Of a DNA stretch of 20,000 bases, positions 8,652 through 17,678 are shown in pieces. Both the position numbers and the translations under genes were made by a program. Location: the IMG/VR virus record IMGVR_UViG_3300033994_000436; one strand, written 5' to 3'. Source of the DNA: an uncultured virus (IMG/VR IMGVR_UViG_3300033994_000436) (taxonomy: Duplodnaviria > Heunggongvirae > Uroviricota > Caudoviricetes). The notes beneath the pieces are model-generated. The model made no database searches, had not been told where the DNA came from, and saw nothing but the letters and a program-made list of their open reading frames with translations. Each line of letters starts with the position of its first letter. Positions within the stretch are counted from its first letter, which is position 1.

Positions 8652-11600
8652 CTAGAACATTACTGGATCAGTCATATCACCATACGTTATTCCATTAATT
8701 TGTGGAGGTTGCATTGCGTGACCCTCCATGCTTTCATTCTGATTTTTTAGGTAAGTAAGTGCCGCCGCCCAATAGCGTTGAGATTGCTCCATGAAGTCCT
8801 TGTCTTCAAGGTCACAAGCATGAACTGCGGCAATGATTGCACGCTCGTTTTCGACTGGAATGTAGTCGTACTGGCTTGAGATGACAGGGCGAGCCATGCG
8901 GTAAATAATTCTTGCCCATGAGCAATGTTTTCCGATGCGAATCCTGCGGTACTTTGGGTTGGTTTCCGTAGGATGATATTGTCCTATCAACGCCATGTCG
9001 TTGCTCCTTCCGTAGTCCAATGCATACAGGCTTACATATCCAAGAGTTTCAGGCTTTTCGACATGGAGAATGTTTTTAACCAATGTCGGAGGAAGAATTG
9101 AATCTACAAAGAAAGTGCTATTTACGTTTTCACCTGTGTTGTAAAATGTAATTCGTCCAACAGAAGATCCCGTATTGATGGCGTTAGCATATGTGTCATA
9201 AAGCTCAAAGCTATTAGCGTCAACTGGTCGCGCATAATAGTATTGCGGGGATGCCATCGAACTTGCGACAAGACCAGTGGGCAATACATCACCTTCGACT
9301 GGACGAACAGTGACTTGGTCTCCAATGTCTAACAAAGATCCAGTTGCAACAATGCTGGTAGAAGCTACTGGAGAAAATGTACGCACAATGTTCATGCTCA
9401 TCTGACCTACAGGAAGAGTAGGAATTGCGCCATTGACGAAGACAATCGGATTGTTGGATGTGTCAGTCAAAGACAAATTGTTCCCAGACAAAATAATCTT
9501 GTAATTGGTTCCAGCAACAAGCGGAAATGGAAGAGATCCAGTAGAAGAGAATTGTACAAGCTCTCCATTTTCCAGATATTCAATAGAGCTAGGAGCAACT
9601 AGGTTGTTGTATGCTTTTGCATATGATTCCAAACGAATCCCAAAGTACGCTTGTCCGACTCCAAGGCTTGTTGCAGGCACAATTCCAATTGTTATGGCGA
9701 TTGTCGTTCCAGTTGCTGTAATGGTTGCCGGATTGTTTAATGTAATTGTAGATCCAGAAACATTGTCAATAAATGTATTCGCAGGAATGCCAGCACCAGT
9801 AACCTTCTGACCAATTGCAAGACCAGCAGAAGAGCTAACGGATGTTACTATTTTTGATCCGTTTGTTGTGTTTGCAGTTCTTGATTGTGGCGAGTTTGTT
9901 GCGTCTGAAGAAGACAAATAGACTTCTGCGGTTTTGTTATCAATAACTCTGAAAAAATATTGGCTGGAGGTGTTCACTCCACTTGGAAGAAGATAATCAG
10001 AAGCAAAATAGAAACCCTGCGGCGGAGCGTTTACTATTCCAGAGAAGTCACCAGTCCAAGTGCTATTGAATGTAATTCTAAATGGCCTTGTAAGTGCTAC
10101 ATAAAAATTACCTGTTGCAGAGCCTGTAATATTTACATCGCTGAAGTCTGCATTTCTTATGGTGTACGTTCCAGATGATGGATCAAGAGGTGATTCTATT
10201 CTGTATGCAGTACCAGTTGCAAGCGGTTGAGGAAGCGTTCCTGTAGAGGAAAATTCCACAAAAACGCCAGTTGATGGAATGAATGAAACAACTGGAGCAG
10301 TAACATATCCAGTTCCTTGTGTAACTATAGATACAGAAGTTACAGATCCATTTGAAATTTGTGATGTTGCTGTGGCTCCTGTTCCACCACCGCCATCGAT
10401 TTTTACAATTGGAGGGTTTTCATAACCAGATCCACCTTGGCCAGCAGGAATAATAATGTTTGAAACAAAAGATGTTTGCAGAATTGCGGTTGCGTTCGCT
10501 CCGTTTGCTGTTGCGATATTTGTTGCCGCATAATTCCCTCCAGTTACTGTGGACGTTGCAACATTGCTTAAAAGAATGGAAGTGGCAGTTGGCTTTGAAA
10601 CAATTGTTGTATTGTCGGGAATATTGTCTCCATAGACAACCGCTCCAATCTGCAAGGCTGTAACGGTTGCTGTTGCAATAGTAGTTAAAGTTCCGCTTCC
10701 ATTTGTACTATTTGCTGTAAAGGCAATATTTGTTGTTGGAGGATCAATTGTTATTTTGGGAGACGTTATATACCCCTGTCCTGCTGATGTTATTACAATA
10801 GATCCAACGGCAAAAGTAGCAGAACCAGATGCGTCTGGAATCATGACCGCATATCCAGTTGCAGTAGAAAATGCTTGTGGAGATCCAGCGGGAATTGTAG
10901 GGGAAAGCACAAACGAGTTTGTTGCACTAATAGTAGCAGGATTGCTTATGGTAAGTGTTGAAACACCAATTCCTGTAATAATTGTTCCAGTTGATATTCC
11001 AGTTCCTGTAATTGTTTGACCAATAACAACATTAGACAAATCAGAAACGGCAGTAAGAGTTGGCGATCCATTGCTTGATGTAGCAGTAATGGTATATGTT
11101 TGCCTTGGGCTATCAAACCTAACAATCGGTGCATCTGTATATTTAGATCCGCCCTTTGTTATTCTAATGTTGGTAACACCACCAGAAACAGATGCAATAG
11201 CAGATGCTGGGGTTGTAACTAATGGAGCAGGAATATTAAGGTTTGGCGCAGTGATTTGGTTAATTGTTCCAGTTGTTGATGTTGCATCAATTAGTTTAAC
11301 AATTGAGTTTGTGCCAGATCCGTTATCTGTTAACGTAATTGGATTTACTCCCGTGCTTGCATCACCTGCGTTTGTATGGAGTGAAATGGTATTATCATCA
11401 ATAACAAATACAAAATAATTCTGCCCTGCAATTAGAGGAGTAGGTAGCGTTCCTCCTGATGTAAATGTTTGAACTTGATCGCCAGTTTGATAGTAATGTT
11501 TAACAGAGAATGAAAGAGTTGTCTGAGGAGCAATCTGCTTTCTAATATCTGTGTTAAACTTTCCACTATTTCCAGTTAACAACACTGGATTTGTTCCATT

Positions 11601-12608
11601 CTGAGCGTCAAGAATGCTTGAATATACCTGAAGGTTTGTTGCATCCAAGGATTGTGCAAAATATGTTGTGTTTGCAACTAGAGGTGATGGCAATGCTGGG
11701 GCAAAGCCTGCTCCAGCACCAACAGAGAATGCAATATTGTTCGGAGAATCAATCGTGATAGTCGGAGTAGATTGCAGATTAATTGCAGTAAGCAGATTGC
11801 TTGGCCTTGCGTCAGTCAGAATAACATTCCCTGCGTTAAGTATGCTCTGCAAGAAAATGGGATTGTTCCCTGCTTTTGCGTCTAGTGAGTTTTGATACAA
11901 TTGGATGGTATTTGCATCATCAACTCCAATGTAATATGTATTTCCGGCGTAGATGAAGTTTGGCATCGTTCCAGAGCCGAGAGAAAGCACTCCAGACTGA
12001 CCAGAGTTAAGCTGGTGTGCGGTTGCGGAAACAAACTTTGAAAGCGGCGAGATAGCAGTTGACCGAGTCTGAATAGTTACGCCGTCAGGCTCAATAGAGC
12101 CAAGAGGGAAATCGGTTTGAGCGTGGATTGGAACAAGAACGCCGTCGATAGTTGTTCCATCGGGCATTTGAGTGCGAAGCTCTCTATTACGAGAGTCAGT
12201 TCCAATTACGCGAATTTGCCCTCCTGCATCAGCATTGTGTTCGGACACAGCAACCAGTTGCGATGGTTGGCGAATGTCCATGATAGTAGCTACAAAGCCC
12301 CTGTCATCCCATGCCCAATCGACGGGATTGTACATTCCACCTTTGTTTACATGGTACTGGAACAAACGCCCCCTGAAATATGTAGGAGATCCATCAACAT
12401 TAACACCAAGCGGGACTTCAATGCCGCGAGGAAGCGTAATAGTTTGTCCATCCCATCCCGTGCAGACATCTACCTCCTGATTAGTATGGAAGTAATGTCC
12501 AGACTCCATAAGAATCTGAACAGCTTGAGTCAGCTTGCGAAAAACCTTCCTTTCATCAGTCGTGGCAAGGATTTCCGCCGCCTCGTCATATATCTGCGAG
12601 ACAAACAT
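8652..12608 (-). CDS. Head-tail adaptor (tail tubular protein A / gatekeeper)-like protein with ~1000-aa insertion of repeated beta domains (1318 aa)
   Basis: N-terminal helices plus TITLPRGIEVPLGVNVDG and C-terminal helices (DYIPVENERAIIAAVHA...SQRYWAAALTYL) resemble adaptor proteins; lies directly before the nozzle; middle is Thr/Ser/Gly-rich with three repeat families. Confidence 0.6.
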   Translation of the reverse strand: MFVSQIYDEAAEILATTDERKVFRKLTQAVQILMESGHYFHTNQEVDVCTGWDGQTITLPRGIEVPLGVNVDGSPTYFRGRLFQYHVNKGGMYNPVDWAWDDRGFVATIMDIRQPSQLVAVSEHNADAGGQIRVIGTDSRNRELRTQMPDGTTIDGVLVPIHAQTDFPLGSIEPDGVTIQTRSTAISPLSKFVSATAHQLNSGQSGVLSLGSGTMPNFIYAGNTYYIGVDDANTIQLYQNSLDAKAGNNPIFLQSILNAGNVILTDARPSNLLTAINLQSTPTITIDSPNNIAFSVGAGAGFAPALPSPLVANTTYFAQSLDATNLQVYSSILDAQNGTNPVLLTGNSGKFNTDIRKQIAPQTTLSFSVKHYYQTGDQVQTFTSGGTLPTPLIAGQNYFVFVIDDNTISLHTNAGDASTGVNPITLTDNGSGTNSIVKLIDATSTTGTINQITAPNLNIPAPLVTTPASAIASVSGGVTNIRITKGGSKYTDAPIVRFDSPRQTYTITATSSNGSPTLTAVSDLSNVVIGQTITGTGISTGTIITGIGVSTLTISNPATISATNSFVLSPTIPAGSPQAFSTATGYAVMIPDASGSATFAVGSIVITSAGQGYITSPKITIDPPTTNIAFTANSTNGSGTLTTIATATVTALQIGAVVYGDNIPDNTTIVSKPTATSILLSNVATSTVTGGNYAATNIATANGANATAILQTSFVSNIIIPAGQGGSGYENPPIVKIDGGGGTGATATSQISNGSVTSVSIVTQGTGYVTAPVVSFIPSTGVFVEFSSTGTLPQPLATGTAYRIESPLDPSSGTYTIRNADFSDVNITGSATGNFYVALTRPFRITFNSTWTGDFSGIVNAPPQGFYFASDYLLPSGVNTSSQYFFRVIDNKTAEVYLSSSDATNSPQSRTANTTNGSKIVTSVSSSAGLAIGQKVTGAGIPANTFIDNVSGSTITLNNPATITATGTTIAITIGIVPATSLGVGQAYFGIRLESYAKAYNNLVAPSSIEYLENGELVQFSSTGSLPFPLVAGTNYKIILSGNNLSLTDTSNNPIVFVNGAIPTLPVGQMSMNIVRTFSPVASTSIVATGSLLDIGDQVTVRPVEGDVLPTGLVASSMASPQYYYARPVDANSFELYDTYANAINTGSSVGRITFYNTGENVNSTFFVDSILPPTLVKNILHVEKPETLGYVSLYALDYGRSNDMALIGQYHPTETNPKYRRIRIGKHCSWARIIYRMARPVISSQYDYIPVENERAIIAAVHACDLEDKDFMEQSQRYWAAALTYLKNQNESMEGHAMQPPQINGITYGDMTDPVMF

Positions 12609-12617
12609 CGTTAATTA

Positions 12618-12646
12618 AAATTAGCGTTGGCTTCCGGCTTCTGCAA
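12618..12646 (-). promoter_or_regulatory. Putative sigma70-like promoter TTGCAG-N17-TAATTT, 9 nt before ATG 12608
   Basis: Motif and 17-nt spacing read from sequence; similar elements precede two other genes. Confidence 0.35.
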
Positions 12647-12944
12647 TACCTTTTAGAAACTCTTCGTCCATTACAGCAGGCTCTTCGGCGGCGACAGGAG
12701 CGGCGGGAGCTTCACCAGCACCAGATGCTTGCTGATTCACGCCTTGGGCAAGCGAATCGACACCTTGTGCAAGCTGTACGATAAGCTGATGGATTGCGTC
12801 AAAGGCATCCTTCGGCATTGCAACCATCACAGAACCTTCACCTGCTGGCGCACCAGCTTCAGGGGCCATCTCAGCAGATGATGCGCCCATTCCGGCATCG
12901 GGAGTAGGCATTGGGTCGTTGGGGGGCATAGTTTTGTCGGCCAT
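12621..12944 (-). CDS. Hypothetical Ala/Pro-rich acidic protein (107 aa; start revised to 12944)
   Basis: ATG 12944 (MADKTMPP...) lies 4 nt after the upstream TAA, matching the spacing of other genes; the longer 13037 start overlaps the upstream gene. Confidence 0.7.
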   Translation of the reverse strand: MADKTMPPNDPMPTPDAGMGASSAEMAPEAGAPAGEGSVMVAMPKDAFDAIHQLIVQLAQGVDSLAQGVNQQASGAGEAPAAPVAAEEPAVMDEEFLKGIAEAGSQR

Positions 12945-12948
12945 AATT

Positions 12949-13410
12949 TTAGTCGTTTTCGTTTTCGTTTTCGTTTTCCATTTCATCCTCAGAATCATCA
13001 TCAGATTCTTCTTCAGTAGAAACTTCTTTGGACGCAACTTCTAGCCCCTGTTCGATTGCATCCTCATCGTCAGGTTCAATTTCTTTGGTCTCATAAGTAG
13101 CATCTTCACCAGAAGGCTTGATTCCATGAATTTCAAGTTCAACGCAGTAGTTTGTAAGCGTTTTTCCATCGCGATCAACCTTTTCTTCACGCTCCATTAC
13201 TTTCTTGAAATGGATCATGGCAGTTCCTTCTTTTGGAAGTTTGCTAAGTCCTTCTGGTGCGTTGGAGAAATACAGAGAAGGATAATGCGTGTTTACTTGA
13301 GCATAATCAGAATCGTCTGTTCTTTCTGCTGATTGAATAAGGGGATGTGGAATAATCTTTTCCCCAAGATCATAAAATCCTTCAGGTAGTTCTACGATTG
13401 CTGTTGACAT
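12949..13410 (-). CDS. Small beta protein with long acidic tail; possibly capsid staple/cement-like (153 aa)
   Basis: Core HYPSLYFS...LSKLPKEGTAMIHFKKV...YCVELEIHGIK recalls capsid 'staple' proteins (from memory, unverified); last ~50 aa are D/E-rich. Confidence 0.45.
   Translation of the reverse strand: MSTAIVELPEGFYDLGEKIIPHPLIQSAERTDDSDYAQVNTHYPSLYFSNAPEGLSKLPKEGTAMIHFKKVMEREEKVDRDGKTLTNYCVELEIHGIKPSGEDATYETKEIEPDDEDAIEQGLEVASKEVSTEEESDDDSEDEMENENENEND
12955..12978. repeat. In-frame hexamer microsatellite (GTTTTC)4 encoding ENENENEN
   Basis: Directly visible at the 3' end of the 153-aa gene. Confidence 0.9.
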
Positions 13411-13416
13411 AATGGG

Positions 13417-13445
13417 TTTTTAATTTTTTTAAAGTGTTTCTGCAA
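13417..13445 (-). promoter_or_regulatory. Putative sigma70-like promoter TTGCAG-N17-TAAAAA, 6 nt before ATG 13410
   Basis: Lies in the longest (50-nt, AT-rich) intergenic gap of the window. Confidence 0.4.
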
Positions 13446-13460
13446 GAAGATTAAGTTTTT

Positions 13461-16400
13461 TTATAGATTAGGCTGGAAAGCCTCAACCAAAAGATAACTA
13501 ACAGTAGACCTGTCAGCGGTGCTTGCAGACGTAATCGTAAAGGATGTTCCGTTGACTATTGAAGTTACCGCAACGGCTTGCGGAACAGTTACGCCTGACA
13601 ATGTTTGAACTGTAAGAAAGATTCTAGTCCTGCTGGTTACTGATGTGTTTGGCACTACAACCACTCCATTAGTAGAAAGCGAAGCCTGCCCCATCCTGTC
13701 AATAATGTTATCGTATTCACGGATCATTAAACCCGTGCCAATTCGCTTGGCTACAAAATTTCCATTGTAATCAATCGCGGAAAGGGTTTCACCAGCATTA
13801 GCAAGATTGGAATTGTTTTTGAACTGATGAATATCATTGCAGTTGAGCGTAAATGTAATCGTCCCAGACGCAGGAGATGCAGCAAATCCAGATCCATATA
13901 AATTAGTAACATTGATCGTAAAAGTTGATCCGCTTACATTTCCTGCATTATATCGGTTAACAATTCTGCTGTCTGAACAAGCGGTAATGTCTATCGTGCC
14001 AAACGTATTGACAGACGAGGCGATTGCGGCGGTTGTTGTAATCGTGATTATCGGCCCAGAGCTTGTGTAGGTTCCTGTTACGTTGACGCGAGATTCCCCT
14101 GACACTAATCCATTAGTAGTGTTGTATGGAATGGAAGAAATGGAACCAATCGAACCAATAGATTCTGCCGTTGCTTCAAACATTGCATTATTGCCTCCCC
14201 TCGTAGGCACAGTAAATGCAAATCTAGCCGCCCACATGCTTCCCAAGGTTCCATACAAATAAGCTTCACCAGTTCCAGTTTGAAAAGCAGTCTTTCCTGA
14301 GCGATAGTCTCCAGTTCCATCGAAGAAGTTAATAGAACCTCCTCCGCTGTAATTTACTCCGCTATTATTGCAGAATCCGGCCCCTATCCTTACTTGGGTT
14401 GAACCTGACACAACCAGCCATTCAGCCAGACGATCTGTTCTTTGATCAACCATCCCTTTATATTGATTATTAAGCCATTTAGTTGTGCTTCCGCCGCTCG
14501 TTGCAACATATTGATTAGAATCATCAACTAACGAAATAGCTTGGTAAACAAGTGAATTAAAATAATTTGCGCCAATAAAACTTAGATGATATCCATCCCC
14601 AAGAAGCCAATTTCCAAGTGCCGCTTGCGTTGCATAATCAGGCATGCAAGCATTTGCGTCAACAAACGTATGACCGTTTGAGTTAGCATAACTCTTGATC
14701 CAATTATTTTTTCCACCAGCATTTCCAGTTGGGTTCTGTATTGTTGGATGATCAGAAAGCAAAACAATGTCGGCGTTAGGAGCCGCTGTTCTTAGAAGAT
14801 TGACATACGCAGGAAGATGCGCCTGATAAGTAGCCAAACTATCATCGTATTTGATGGTTATGAGATCAGGATTGTAATCATTCAAAATGACATTCCACAA
14901 AGCCTGTGGGCAGGAAACCGCCGCATCAATAGTCGTTCCACTTGCGGCAAGGTTGAATCCTATCTCTCCACCTTGTGCCGTTCCATTTGCTCCGGCCACA
15001 ACCGCATTAATAATGCCGCACGCAATTACTTTTACAGATGCCGATGTGCAGGTAATTATTACACGATAGAAATCTTTACTTGCAAGTGCAACAGACAAAA
15101 CACCAATGCTAATAGAAGCAGAGTTGGCGTTTACAGTAGAGGCAGTACCAAAGTTTGAATAAGTGTTATTTGATCTGTTCCATCTTTGAACCTGAACAGA
15201 CATATTACCACTGCTTGAATCGGTAACATAATATACCTTGATGTTTTGCCCTCCAGTAGTCGATGGTGCGCCAGAAGAATATGTAGCAGTTCCAGAATTA
15301 GGAATGTTGCAGAATTGACCGCTTGGAGACCTAGTGAAATCGTATGTAGGAGTCATTGCGGCCCCACCAGTCGTGCCAGTAGGAACGGTATAAATTGCGC
15401 CTCCATCTCCAAATACAGCTTTTAACTGACTGTCTGGGGATGTTGCCCAAGAGTCTCCAAGAGTAAGAACCCTTATTTGCTGGTTTGTCTGAAACTGCCT
15501 CTGATTTGCAATATCAGTAATTGTCCTCCACGGACGGCCAGCAGTAATCTTGTAAAGGTCTACTGAACTATTAATTTTTGCTTCTGTTACAGCACCATCA
15601 ACAATATCTGCTGTAGTTACAGAATCAGGATTAATGGTAACTGGGATAGTAATATTGGCAGAACCATTAAAATTAGTTGCAGTTCCAGTTACATCACCAG
15701 ACAAGGCAATAGTCCTAGTATTTTGAAGAGTTGTTGCAGTTCCTGCGTTGCCTGTAATATTTGTTGACCATGTAGGAGAACCAGAGCCATTGCTTGTAAG
15801 AACCTGACCAGTCGTTCCAACAGCAGTAAAACCAGTTGCATTTGAACCAGTCTGCCATAGGACTTGCCCAGCTGCGCCTCCAGCAATTGCGCTAGATGTG
15901 CTTGCAGCGGCACCTGAAACCCATGCAAGCCCAGTGCTTAGAATTCCAAGAACCTGACCATTGATTCCGGCAGGAAGAAATGCAGTTGTATTGGGTGCTG
16001 TCTGATATGCAATTGAGTTTGCTACTCCTCCATTAATATTTGTTGCACTGGTTGCATTTCCAGTCAGTTGACCAACAACATTTCCAATAATGTTGGATGT
16101 AATCGTGTTGGCTGAAAAATTTCCTGTAGCATCACGCTTTACAATGGAAGAAACAACTAAAGATGATGTTGGAGTCGTCCAACCATACAAGGCACCTCCT
16201 TGGTTTTCCAAAAGCTGACCAGCAGATCCATTGGGAATAAAAGCAGTAGTCGTAGTTTGAGCAAATGCCCTGATAAAATAACAAAGCAATCCTTCTCCAT
16301 CGTTTCTTGCAATTCCAAACACAGTAGCCGTTTTGTTTGGATCACAAGGGATGTCCCATACTACCTTTCCGCCAGACACATCCTTTGCAATTGCCCCGTA

Positions 16401-16532
16401 AAGAGCGTTAACAAGGTTATCAATAAGTGACGGGACGCTTTCGTGAGAAACGCTAGGATAAGGAGTATCGGCGTTGCAATATCCATTGTACGCACTATTA
16501 GAATTGTAATTATCGGAGCATCCGCAAGACAT
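13461..16532 (-). CDS. Tail fibre / tailspike with SGNH(GDSL)-hydrolase domain (1023 aa)
   Basis: Cys-rich N-terminus (MSCGC), fibre-like GQVL...W repeats, SGNH blocks LGDSW, NLAASGT, PDLITIKYDD, DGYHLS, and a C-terminal beta domain (NTSVTSRTRIFLT...GTSFTITS) common at fibre tips. Confidence 0.8.
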   Translation of the reverse strand: MSCGCSDNYNSNSAYNGYCNADTPYPSVSHESVPSLIDNLVNALYGAIAKDVSGGKVVWDIPCDPNKTATVFGIARNDGEGLLCYFIRAFAQTTTTAFIPNGSAGQLLENQGGALYGWTTPTSSLVVSSIVKRDATGNFSANTITSNIIGNVVGQLTGNATSATNINGGVANSIAYQTAPNTTAFLPAGINGQVLGILSTGLAWVSGAAASTSSAIAGGAAGQVLWQTGSNATGFTAVGTTGQVLTSNGSGSPTWSTNITGNAGTATTLQNTRTIALSGDVTGTATNFNGSANITIPVTINPDSVTTADIVDGAVTEAKINSSVDLYKITAGRPWRTITDIANQRQFQTNQQIRVLTLGDSWATSPDSQLKAVFGDGGAIYTVPTGTTGGAAMTPTYDFTRSPSGQFCNIPNSGTATYSSGAPSTTGGQNIKVYYVTDSSSGNMSVQVQRWNRSNNTYSNFGTASTVNANSASISIGVLSVALASKDFYRVIITCTSASVKVIACGIINAVVAGANGTAQGGEIGFNLAASGTTIDAAVSCPQALWNVILNDYNPDLITIKYDDSLATYQAHLPAYVNLLRTAAPNADIVLLSDHPTIQNPTGNAGGKNNWIKSYANSNGHTFVDANACMPDYATQAALGNWLLGDGYHLSFIGANYFNSLVYQAISLVDDSNQYVATSGGSTTKWLNNQYKGMVDQRTDRLAEWLVVSGSTQVRIGAGFCNNSGVNYSGGGSINFFDGTGDYRSGKTAFQTGTGEAYLYGTLGSMWAARFAFTVPTRGGNNAMFEATAESIGSIGSISSIPYNTTNGLVSGESRVNVTGTYTSSGPIITITTTAAIASSVNTFGTIDITACSDSRIVNRYNAGNVSGSTFTINVTNLYGSGFAASPASGTITFTLNCNDIHQFKNNSNLANAGETLSAIDYNGNFVAKRIGTGLMIREYDNIIDRMGQASLSTNGVVVVPNTSVTSRTRIFLTVQTLSGVTVPQAVAVTSIVNGTSFTITSASTADRSTVSYLLVEAFQPNL

Positions 16533-16540
16533 AGTTCCAG

Positions 16541-16568
16541 AGATTACAAATAATTGAGGCTATGGCAA
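16541..16568 (-). promoter_or_regulatory. Putative sigma70-like promoter TTGCCA-N16-TAATCT, 8 nt before ATG 16532
   Basis: Motif read from sequence upstream of the tail-fibre gene. Confidence 0.4.
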
Positions 16569-16901
16569 GGCATTTTCAACTTTGTAGTAATGGAATACTC
16601 CAGAAATTTGCCTTCCATTTTTGATTTTGTATTCTTTTTTCTGCAAAAGTCCGTTTTTGATCCATCTTTGAACCCTTCCATTCATCGTTGTTGGAACGAC
16701 TCCCTGTTGGTCTGCCATTTGTTGCAATGTCATCCAGCCACTTGGAACCTCGTCTACCTTACCACCGCATCCAGTAGATTCCATTAGTTCAGTCAGCCAG
16801 TCGTTTGCTGATTTATCTGGTTTTTGGTTTTCGTAATACTCTGGCTTGCAATCAGAGCAATCGAATCCACCATGGCAACTGCATTTCTTTTTGTTTTTCA
16901 T
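16560..16901 (-). CDS. Putative winged-helix DNA-binding protein with N-terminal Cys cluster (113 aa)
   Basis: CSCHGGFDCSDC, then GWMTLQQMADQQGVVPTTMNGRVQRWIKNGLL followed by a beta hairpin (wHTH pattern). Confidence 0.55.
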   Translation of the reverse strand: MKNKKKCSCHGGFDCSDCKPEYYENQKPDKSANDWLTELMESTGCGGKVDEVPSGWMTLQQMADQQGVVPTTMNGRVQRWIKNGLLQKKEYKIKNGRQISGVFHYYKVENALP

Positions 16902-16913
16902 TTGTTTATTGGT

Positions 16914-17678
16914 TTATACTGGAAGCCTCCATACCTCACCATGCTGACGCTGGGTTATTTGGATGGAAGACTGATTAAGTGATTCGCAATATTCCCCCCA
17001 AAGGAAGGCTTGTGTCCATGCCCATGTGCTAGGGCGATTTTTGGCGTATTCAAGCGATCCACGGGCTGTAAGAGTGCCAATATTGTATCCCGTTCCGCCA
17101 TGCTTTGTTTTTGCGCTTGAAACGGCAACTTTGTGTGTGTGTCCAAATACTATTTTTTTTCTTCTCCCATCGCAATAGTGACCCGCCATGTGAGCCGCCG
17201 CCTGTTCATTGTATATCGTACCATGAGTGAATCCGAGGTCTGCTATATCTACGATTTGCTCAATGCCGGAATATGGAACAAGCCTAGCTTTTAGGTTTTT
17301 TGCTGTGTCCTCAATGGAATTTACAATTTTGTGGGCGCAGTAAGCCGTAACACTATTTTTTGAATGGGTTAGCTTCCAAGCTCTGTCTTCATGGTTGCCA
17401 CACAAGATCCAAGGATTTTTACACCCCGCCATTAATTGCCGGAGATGGGTCAGACCAGTATCTATGTCCGGCGTTACTTCGTCTCCATCACTTCCAGAGC
17501 CTGCTCCGTTCCCCATCAGGGCGGAAAGGTCAATAAAATCACCTAGATGCAATAGGGTATCCGGCTTGAAACGCTCTTTCATTTGAAGGACAGCCTTGAA
17601 CGCCTCACTATCGCAGTATTTAGCGTGACTGCAAGACACGGCGAGTATTTTGCGCCACTTGTTGGTTATGTTTGCCAT
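16914..17678 (-). CDS. Calcineurin-like metallophosphoesterase (254 aa)
   Basis: Motifs SCSH (for DxH), LGDFID, GNHE, THG, GHTH in canonical order. Confidence 0.9.
   Translation of the reverse strand: MANITNKWRKILAVSCSHAKYCDSEAFKAVLQMKERFKPDTLLHLGDFIDLSALMGNGAGSGSDGDEVTPDIDTGLTHLRQLMAGCKNPWILCGNHEDRAWKLTHSKNSVTAYCAHKIVNSIEDTAKNLKARLVPYSGIEQIVDIADLGFTHGTIYNEQAAAHMAGHYCDGRRKKIVFGHTHKVAVSSAKTKHGGTGYNIGTLTARGSLEYAKNRPSTWAWTQAFLWGEYCESLNQSSIQITQRQHGEVWRLPV

Noticed and set aside
12945..13037. N-terminal extension MRPKKFLL...KTKTKTKTTK of the 138-aa ORF
   Set aside because: It is the alternative-frame reading of the upstream acidic tail and microsatellite; ATG 12944 fits the local gene-spacing pattern.
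17153..17160. T8 homopolymer in the phosphoesterase gene as a phase-variation site
   Set aside because: Simply encodes Arg/Lys-Lys-Ile in an intact frame; such runs are expected in Lys-rich AT-biased sequence.
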